Positions 57,689 through 64,000 of a stretch of 64,000 nucleotides of DNA are shown here, piece by piece. The notes beneath the pieces are model-generated. The model searched no databases. It was given only the letters and a program-made list of their open reading frames with translations, and had not been told where the DNA came from. Numbering within the stretch: the first letter of the stretch is position 1; every line of letters begins with the position of its first letter. The position numbers and the translations under genes are program-made. The stretch spans positions 5,916 to 69,915 of the forward strand of contig CAYJVC010000004.1 of the NCBI GenBank assembly GCA_964373505.1, in the 5' to 3' direction. This DNA is from an uncultured Planctomycetia bacterium (lineage in GTDB: Bacteria > Omnitrophota > Gorgyraeia > 2-02-FULL-51-18).

Positions 57689-57828
57689 TCGACAAACCAG
57701 TCTGGATTCGACGGGTCCTGCCGCTGCGGCAGCCCCAATGGTTCCCGCGTCACTGCGGAGCGCTGCGAGCGAATGGGGCGCCCCGCCTCCGCGTCACCCG
57801 TCGAATCCAAAATCTCTGCGAAAATCAT
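57685..57828 (-). repeat. family-B palindromic element (copy B3) filling the hisB-hisH gap, spanned by a 47-aa linker ORF MIFAEILDSTGDAEAG...NPDWFVE
   Basis: Arms GATTCGACGGGTCCTGCCGC / CGCGTCACCCGTCGAATC. The linker ATG overlaps the hisB TGA (ATGA) and the linker TGA overlaps the hisH ATG (ATGA). Confidence 0.7.
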
Positions 57829-58451
57829 AATTTCCCTTTTGTTGAAGGGATAAACTTAATGCGTTCGTCGAGCGCCGTGGCCCAATCGAGCGCCTTGGCA
57901 AGCGCTTTAAAGGTCGCTTCGATGATGTGGTGAGACTGCTCGCCCGCGATGAAATCCACGTGCAGCGTAAGCCCTAGGTGTCCGGCGAACGACTCCCAAA
58001 AGTGTTTGGCGTCCGCGAGCGTGTAGTCCCGATCGCCTTTTTTTTCACGAAGCGCCGGGTGATCGATCCATTTTGTTTTCGGGTGAGTGTGCATATGAAA
58101 CGAACCGCGTCCGCTCAAGTCAATGGACACGCGTGTTTGGGTCAGCGCCTCGTCGAGCGGTGCGCGGAAATCCGCGAATCGCCGTATCCCTTTTTTGTCG
58201 CCCAGCGCTTTTTTGAACGCCTCCCCGAGCGCTATGCCGACGTCTTCGTTCGTGTGGTGCTTGTCAATGTGAAGGTCCCCTTTGGCCTTGAGCACAAGAT
58301 CAAACAGCCCGTGCTTGGCCAAAGTTTCGAGCATATGGTCCAAAAAACCGATGCCGGTGCTGACTTTTGCACGGCCCTTGCCGTCGATGTTGAGCTCGAC
58401 GACAACGCTTGTTTCCTTCGTTTTTCTGCTATACTTAACCGCTCGTTTCAT
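57825..58451 (-). CDS. hisB: imidazoleglycerol-phosphate dehydratase
   Basis: 208 aa with IGFLDHML, HHTNEDVGIALG and HIIEATFKALA motifs. Confidence 0.9.
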   Translation of the reverse strand: MKRAVKYSRKTKETSVVVELNIDGKGRAKVSTGIGFLDHMLETLAKHGLFDLVLKAKGDLHIDKHHTNEDVGIALGEAFKKALGDKKGIRRFADFRAPLDEALTQTRVSIDLSGRGSFHMHTHPKTKWIDHPALREKKGDRDYTLADAKHFWESFAGHLGLTLHVDFIAGEQSHHIIEATFKALAKALDWATALDERIKFIPSTKGKL

Positions 58452-58546
58452 GTCAGCCCCGTTTTTTCACCCCATCCCCTATTTCGTGACGCAAAGCGTC
58501 ACCTTTTGATTTGCTTTGCAAATCAAGAAATAGGGGATGGGGTCAT
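58452..58546 (-). repeat. family-A palindromic element (degenerate copy h); micro-ORF truncated to MTPSPIS
   Basis: Arms CCCCATCCCCTATTTC / GAAATAGGGGATGGGG with a different internal loop. ATGA overlap with the hisD stop. hisB uses its own ATG 20 nt downstream. Confidence 0.65.
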
Positions 58547-59772
58547 TTGTTTTTATAAAACCTTATTTTCACGGATTCCACGTGCTTGGTCAACCCTTCC
58601 AGCCCTCCGATGTGTTCGATGGCGGACTTCACTTTTTCCAGCGCCTTGCGGTTATAGGAAATGACATGCGAGCTTTTGAGAAAGTCGCTCACCCCCAGGC
58701 CCGAAAAAAAGCGCGTGGTGCCATTGGTCGGCAGCACATGGCTCGGCCCCGCCAGGTAGTCCCCGACCGCCGTGGGCGTGTAGGGGCCGATAAAAATAGC
58801 GCCCGCGTGCTTCACGTCCTTCAGGATCCTTTGCGGGCTCTTCACGAGGATCTGCAAGTGTTCGGGCGCGATCTGGTTGATGACGTCCACACCCTGTTTC
58901 AGGTTTTTCACAAGAATGATATAGCCTCGGGCCGGAACTTTCCGGATGAGCTTCGCCAGGCGCTTCGAAGGCGTCACTAAGATCGCAGTGCCCATGTGGT
59001 GTTCGCTTTGTGCCAGGAGGTCCGCGGCCACAAAATCCGGGTCGGAATGGTCATTGGCCAGGATCACGACTTCCGAGGGGCCCGCGATCATGTCGATGTC
59101 GCAATAGCCGAATACCTGGCGCTTGGCCTCCGCCACATACGCATTGCCGGGGCCGATAATCTTGTCCACGCGCGGGATCGACTTGGTGCCGAGTGCCATC
59201 GCCGCAATGGCCTGCGCCCCCCCGACCTTAAAAATACCGTCGACTTTGAGGAGGTTCGCGACCGCCAGGATATGCGGATCCACGGACTTGTGTTCATCGG
59301 GAGGCGTCGCCAGATACACCTTTTCCACGCCCGCGATCTTCGCCGGAAGCACCGTCATGTACACGGTCGACGGCAGCGGCACGGTGCCGGCTGGGATGTA
59401 GATCCCGACGGATTCCAAGGGCCTCACCCTCTCGCCGAGGATCGCACCGTCTTCGGTCACCATTTTCCAGGAGCGCTTGGTCTGCTTGCGGTAGAAACGG
59501 TTGACATTCTCGACCGCCAGCTTAAGCGATGACACGAAATCGGGATGGAGGTTCTGGTAGGCGCCGTTTATTTCGCTTTCGGTGACACGGAGCTCCTTCG
59601 CGGAAAGCTTCACTTTATCGAATTTGCGCGTGTAGCGGAGCACGGCCTCATCGCCGTCGTTTTTCACGTCGTCGATGATGCGGCGCACCTTTTCCTCGAT
59701 TCGCCGGTCCCGCCGCACGGACCGTCGGAAAAGCTTCTCGAATTTCTTGCTCCAGGGTTTTATGATCTTCAC
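58543..59772 (-). CDS. hisD: histidinol dehydrogenase
   Basis: 409 aa with a HisD-like C-terminal catalytic region. Confidence 0.85.
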   Translation of the reverse strand: MKIIKPWSKKFEKLFRRSVRRDRRIEEKVRRIIDDVKNDGDEAVLRYTRKFDKVKLSAKELRVTESEINGAYQNLHPDFVSSLKLAVENVNRFYRKQTKRSWKMVTEDGAILGERVRPLESVGIYIPAGTVPLPSTVYMTVLPAKIAGVEKVYLATPPDEHKSVDPHILAVANLLKVDGIFKVGGAQAIAAMALGTKSIPRVDKIIGPGNAYVAEAKRQVFGYCDIDMIAGPSEVVILANDHSDPDFVAADLLAQSEHHMGTAILVTPSKRLAKLIRKVPARGYIILVKNLKQGVDVINQIAPEHLQILVKSPQRILKDVKHAGAIFIGPYTPTAVGDYLAGPSHVLPTNGTTRFFSGLGVSDFLKSSHVISYNRKALEKVKSAIEHIGGLEGLTKHVESVKIRFYKNK

Positions 59773-62351
59773 AGGTTCTGCCTTATGATCTTTTCACCCA
59801 GCGCCAGCGCTTCGCCGATCTTGGCGACATTCTTGCCGCCGCCCACCGCAAACTCGGGCCGGCCGCCGCCGCTTCCTTCCACGAGGGACGATATCTCTTT
59901 GACGATCTTGCCCGCATGGAAGCCTTTTTGCGCGATCCCCCGGCTGCAGCCTACCACGAGGGAAACCTTGCCGCCTGTTTCGCACTCCCAGAGCGCGGCG
60001 AACGGCACTCCGAGCCCTTTGAGATGGTCGAAAGTTTTCTGAAAAAGCTCGGGGTTTGCGTGCCTTTCTTTCCAGACAAAAAACTTCACTCCGTTCACTT
60101 CCGGTGATTTCGACAATGATCTTTCGGCGGAGGCCCTCAGTTTCTTGAGCGCGGCGCCGAGCAGCACGGATCTTGATCTTTCCACATTCTGCGCCAGTTC
60201 CCTAAGGCGCGATAAGAGCGATTCCTTGGCCGCGCCGAAACTCGCGCTTAAATCCTCCAGCTCTTTTTGCGCGGCTTCGAGAAGCTTCGAGGCGCCCCGG
60301 CCCGTCACGGCCTCGAGGCGCCGCACGCCTGCCTGGATCGAGCTTTCCGAAATAATCTTGAAAAAACCGATCTCGCCCGTGAACTCCAGATGTGTGCCGC
60401 CGCAGAGCTCCTTGGAAAAATCGCCGGCGGACACGACGCGCACCCGGTCGCCGTACTTTTCTCCAAAAAACGCTATGGCGCCCGCTTTCAGGGCTTCCTC
60501 TTTTGACATCACTTTTTTATCCAACCGGATATTTTTTTTGATCTCGTAGTTCACGAGATCCTCCACTTCCCTGAGTTTGTCGGCGCTCACGGCGCCAAAA
60601 TAGGTGAAATCAAAACGCAGGCGGTCGGGCGCCACGAGCGAGCCGCTTTGTTTTACCTGGTCACCCAGGACTTTCCGCAGCGCGCTGTGCAAAAGGTGCG
60701 TGGCCGTGTGATTTTTCATGATGTCCGTGCGGCGTTCGGTATCGACTTTGAGCTCGTAAGTTTTTCCGACTTCCGGTCTTCCCTTTTTAACAGCGACTTT
60801 ATGCAGCACAATCTTTTCATGCGCCTGCGTGTCCAACACCTCGACTTCGAGACCGGGTCCGAAGATACGGCCGGTATCGCCGATCTGTCCGCCCGCCTCG
60901 GCATAGAACGGCGTGCGGTCGAATGCCCATAGGTTCTCGCCGATCACACGAAGCAATTTTCCGCTGCCTTCACAGCCGGCATAACCGAAAAACTCCGTCG
61001 GCGGCAGGCCCTCGGTAAGCTCATAAAGATCGTTTTTCTTGAAAATTTCGCTGGATATCTTACTACGCTCGCGAGATCTATTTTTTTGCTGTTGAATTAA
61101 TTTGTCGAATTCCTCAAGTCCTTTATTGAACATAATTCCTTCCGGAACTCTCCTCCTTAATAAATCAATTACAAGATCTTTGGGAACGCCGTGAGTGTCA
61201 TAATATTTAAACATGATCTCTGCCATGCTCCGCAGCCGTTGCTTGCCGCTAGGTACGACGCCCCTGCTAAGATACCGATCCATCTCTTTTTCGCAGTTAG
61301 GAACTTGCGACCTAATGATCTCCATTAAAGAATTCTCTTCGCGTTCAATGGTCCTTGAAATTTCTTCCTGTTTTTTAACAATTTCAGGATAAGCATCACC
61401 CATCATGCGGGCAACCATCCCAACCGTATTTTTGAATTGTCCAGGGTTAGCGCCGGCACTGGTCAAATGATCGCAGCCCAAGCGGATTAATTTACGCACC
61501 ACGTACCCGCGCCCTTCATTCGAGGGCCCTACACCATCCGCGATGCAGAACACAACGGCACGCGCATGATCCATGGCAGCATTTTCATGTTCAGGGGTCT
61601 TTTTGTCGTTCTTCAAAAGCTTCTTGAGCTCCCTGCGAAATTCACGGAACGTGTCGATTTCGAAGTTACTTTCCACGCCCTGCAGCACGGCCGCCGTGCG
61701 TTCGAGTCCCATGCCGGTGTCGATGTTCTTTTGCGGCAGAGGCTTCAGGGAGCCGTCCGACTGCCGGTCGAACTGCGTGAAAACGAGGTTCCATATCTCG
61801 ACGCCTTTGCCGGGCGTCTCGCCGATGTAGATCTCGGAGCAGGGTCCGCAGGGGCCGTTGGGTCCGTCGGCCTTCGCATTGAAGGGCCAGAAATTATCGA
61901 CCGCGCCCATGCGGATGATTTTGGGGTCCGGAAGCCCGATCTTTGTTTTCCAGATATTGAAAGCTTCGTTGTCCTCCTCGAACACGGAAACCCAAAGTTT
62001 GTCTTGAGAAAGTCCAAGCTCCTTCGTGACAAATTCCCAGCCCCAGGCGATCGCTTCTTCCTTAAAATAATCGCCAAACGAGAAATTACCGAGCATTTCA
62101 AAAAAAGTGTGGTGGGTGGTGGTCTTGCCGACGCGCTCAAGGTCTGCGGTGCGCAGGCACTTCTGACAGCTGACAGCGCGTTTCACGTCTTTCTTCAATC
62201 CCAGAAAATAAGGTTTGAACTGGTTCATGCCGGCGCCCGTGAACAAAAGCGAAGCATCGTCCGTCGGCACCAGTGAGTCGCTCGGAAACACCTGGTGCGC
62301 CTTGGATCTAAAAAAATCGAGATACCGTTGTCTCAGTGCGTCTGTTTTCAT
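59769..62351 (-). CDS. alaS: alanine--tRNA ligase
   Basis: 860 aa with an N-terminal class II core (RQRYLDFFRSKAHQVFPSDSLVP) and a C-terminal DHHA1-like region. Confidence 0.95.
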   Translation of the reverse strand: MKTDALRQRYLDFFRSKAHQVFPSDSLVPTDDASLLFTGAGMNQFKPYFLGLKKDVKRAVSCQKCLRTADLERVGKTTTHHTFFEMLGNFSFGDYFKEEAIAWGWEFVTKELGLSQDKLWVSVFEEDNEAFNIWKTKIGLPDPKIIRMGAVDNFWPFNAKADGPNGPCGPCSEIYIGETPGKGVEIWNLVFTQFDRQSDGSLKPLPQKNIDTGMGLERTAAVLQGVESNFEIDTFREFRRELKKLLKNDKKTPEHENAAMDHARAVVFCIADGVGPSNEGRGYVVRKLIRLGCDHLTSAGANPGQFKNTVGMVARMMGDAYPEIVKKQEEISRTIEREENSLMEIIRSQVPNCEKEMDRYLSRGVVPSGKQRLRSMAEIMFKYYDTHGVPKDLVIDLLRRRVPEGIMFNKGLEEFDKLIQQQKNRSRERSKISSEIFKKNDLYELTEGLPPTEFFGYAGCEGSGKLLRVIGENLWAFDRTPFYAEAGGQIGDTGRIFGPGLEVEVLDTQAHEKIVLHKVAVKKGRPEVGKTYELKVDTERRTDIMKNHTATHLLHSALRKVLGDQVKQSGSLVAPDRLRFDFTYFGAVSADKLREVEDLVNYEIKKNIRLDKKVMSKEEALKAGAIAFFGEKYGDRVRVVSAGDFSKELCGGTHLEFTGEIGFFKIISESSIQAGVRRLEAVTGRGASKLLEAAQKELEDLSASFGAAKESLLSRLRELAQNVERSRSVLLGAALKKLRASAERSLSKSPEVNGVKFFVWKERHANPELFQKTFDHLKGLGVPFAALWECETGGKVSLVVGCSRGIAQKGFHAGKIVKEISSLVEGSGGGRPEFAVGGGKNVAKIGEALALGEKIIRQNL

Positions 62352-62845
62352 TCTTCCTTGAATAATTCATCAAACACGCCGAATATGACATCGTCACCGA
62401 AGCCCCGGCGCTTGAGAAGACCGTAAAGTCGCGCCTTCTTTTTCTCGCGCGGAAGACCGGTCATTTTCTGGAAGCGGCCGCGCACGAGATCTTTCGCTAT
62501 CTTCCTCTCGTCGTAATCTTCCAGATTCTTAAGCGTTTCCCCAATGAGCGGACCCGGGACGCCCTTTCGCTTCAGGTCTATTTCCAGCTGCCTCCGGCCC
62601 GAAGGACGCGAGTAAATGCGCGAGGATGCGTACAGCTTTGCGAACTTCACGTCGTCCAAAAGCCCCTGCTTCTTAAACGACTCAATCACCTCATCGACAA
62701 GCGGAACAAGATATTTTTTCTTCATGAGAAGCCGTTTCTTAAGTTCCTCGACGCTCCTCGGGCTGAACGACAAAAGTCTCAAAGCATCGCTTTTAGCTTT
62801 GAGAAGCAAAGCCTCTCTGGTCGCTGCGCCTTCTTTTTCAGGCAT
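62348..62845 (-). CDS. recX: recombination regulator RecX
   Basis: 165 aa, immediately downstream of recA, with a three-helix-repeat composition. Confidence 0.8.
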   Translation of the reverse strand: MPEKEGAATREALLLKAKSDALRLLSFSPRSVEELKKRLLMKKKYLVPLVDEVIESFKKQGLLDDVKFAKLYASSRIYSRPSGRRQLEIDLKRKGVPGPLIGETLKNLEDYDERKIAKDLVRGRFQKMTGLPREKKKARLYGLLKRRGFGDDVIFGVFDELFKEE

Positions 62846-62863
62846 AGGAGTGAACGAATTGAA

Positions 62864-63949
62864 CTATGAAGAATGTGCCGTCGCTAGGGACTTTTCCGCG
62901 ATCTTTTTCTCTATGGCGTGTAAAAGCTTCGGGTTCTCTTTGAGGAATGATTTCGCGTTTTCGCGGCCCTGGCCGAGCTTCTCGCCTTCATAAAGGATCC
63001 AGCTGCCGCTGGGTTTTACGATCTCAAGGGTTTCCGCGACGTCCAGGATGCTTCCCACCGCCGACACCCCCTCGTCGTACATGAGATCGAACTCGGCTTG
63101 CTTGAAGGGTGCGGCGACCTTGTTCTTTACGACCTTCACGCGCACCCGGCCGCCGACGATCTCCTCGCCACGCTTGATCTGCGCGATGCGGCGGATATCG
63201 AGGCGCACGGAGGAGTAAAACTTAAGTGCGCGGCCTCCGGGCGTTGTCTCAGGATTACCGAACATAACCCCCAGCTTTTCACGCAGCTGGTTAATGAAAA
63301 TAACACAGCATTTGGACTTGGAAATGGCTGAGGTGAGTTTTCTCAAAGCCTGGCTCATCAAGCGGGCCTGAAGCCCCATATGAGACTGGCCCATTTCACC
63401 TTCGATCTCAGCTTTTGGCACGAGCGCCGCCACGGAGTCCACGACGACGAGGTCGATCGCGTTGGATCGCACAAGCATCTCGACGATCTCGAGCGCCTGC
63501 TCTCCGGTGTCCGGCTGGGAGATCAAAAGATCGTCCAGGTTTACGCCCAACTTTTTGGCATAAGCCGAATCAAACGCGTGCTCTGCGTCGATAAACGCCG
63601 CCGCGCCCTTTTTCTTCTGAGTTTGAGCAATAATGCTTAACGTAAGCGTGGTTTTACCGCTGGATTCAGGTCCAAAAATTTCAACCACGCGGGCTCTGGG
63701 GACACCTCCGACACCGAGGGCGAGATCAAGCGCAATGGCTCCGGTGGGAATGACCGGTATATCTAATCTTACGTTCTCGCCAAGCGTCATGATGGAGCCC
63801 TTGCCGAACTGCTTCTCAATTTGGCTTACGGCCAGCGTGATGGCTTTCTGCTTGTCGGCGAATTCCTTGTCACGCACCCCTTCTGTCTCTTTGACTCCGG
63901 CCTTTACTTCTGCTTTCTTTTCTTTGACTTCTCTGGCTTGGCGACTCAT
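62864..63949 (-). CDS. recA: recombinase RecA
   Basis: Walker [24 protein letters not shown], and a long Lys/Glu-rich N-terminal extension. Confidence 0.95.
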   Translation of the reverse strand: MSRQAREVKEKKAEVKAGVKETEGVRDKEFADKQKAITLAVSQIEKQFGKGSIMTLGENVRLDIPVIPTGAIALDLALGVGGVPRARVVEIFGPESSGKTTLTLSIIAQTQKKKGAAAFIDAEHAFDSAYAKKLGVNLDDLLISQPDTGEQALEIVEMLVRSNAIDLVVVDSVAALVPKAEIEGEMGQSHMGLQARLMSQALRKLTSAISKSKCCVIFINQLREKLGVMFGNPETTPGGRALKFYSSVRLDIRRIAQIKRGEEIVGGRVRVKVVKNKVAAPFKQAEFDLMYDEGVSAVGSILDVAETLEIVKPSGSWILYEGEKLGQGRENAKSFLKENPKLLHAIEKKIAEKSLATAHSS

Positions 63950-64000
63950 GCGATTCTCTCCATGTTAAGCTGTTGATAGGGCTTAAGAGGCTACCCCGAA

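Noticed and set aside
11695-58546. Family-A repeats as a CRISPR array or as rho-independent terminators
   Set aside because: They are inverted palindromes, not direct repeats, with no regular spacers. They are scattered over 47 kb and lack a U-tract. They lie inside operons whose downstream cistrons initiate from within the repeat, so termination there would be self-defeating.

Overview
This 64-kb window is a densely packed bacterial chromosomal segment of moderately high GC (high-50s % by eye). Every gene I can support, and both tRNAs, lie on the minus strand. Plus-strand ORFs in the track all look like GC-rich antisense artefacts.

Reading the minus strand from high to low coordinate, the gene content is:
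- recA-recX-alaS, then a fused his-trp supraoperon (hisD-hisB-hisH-hisA-hisF-hisI-trpE-trpG-trpD-trpC-trpF-trpB-trpA).
- manC-like, ruvX, an M16 peptidase, rpe, a phosphohexomutase, lepA-lepB, pgsA-plsY.
- A low-GC promoter island with an orphan gene, then gpsA and tRNA-Pro(GGG).
- A threonine/isoleucine block: hom-thrC, an apgM-like gene (probable alternative homoserine kinase), lysC, and a cimA-like citramalate synthase.
- valS, nadC, uvrB, birA-coaX, and groES-groEL with a CIRCE site and promoter.
- A one-carbon/pantothenate block (IMPDH-like, fchA-like, folD, metF, panB).
- A Bacillus-style hemX-hemA-hemC-cobA/hemD-hemB-hemL heme cluster.
- apbE, a polyprenyl synthase, tatA, mnmA, tRNA(CAU), a REC-GGDEF(degenerate)-EAL protein, tilS, rpsU, rmuC, a PC4-like protein and a ParA ATPase fused to a CBM48 glycogen-binding domain.

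Most gene junctions overlap by 1-4 nt (ATGA/GTGA/TAATG), consistent with very long translationally coupled operons.

The most striking feature is a family of eight imperfect palindromic intergenic elements, which I call family A. Their terminal inverted repeats are CCCCA(C/T)CCCCTC ... GAGGGGG(T/A)GGGG. Each one sits between co-directional biosynthetic genes. Each is spanned by a micro-ORF beginning MTP(P/S)P; six of the eight are single 28-aa ORFs, copy a is 39 aa, copy f is 51 aa with a nested duplication, and copy h is degenerate at 7 aa. The micro-ORF's ATG overlaps the upstream gene's TGA stop as ATGA in seven of eight copies; copy g sits 6 nt after a TAG stop. Its TGA stop overlaps the downstream start codon (GTGA, or ATGA at lysC and lepA) in all copies except h. 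The G-rich arm supplies an AGGAGG-type Shine-Dalgarno site for the downstream gene, and the C-rich arm can sequester it.

Two further palindromic families (B and C) behave similarly. One family-B copy is inserted in-frame inside trpF, adding about 37 aa. I do not recognise these as a described element family.
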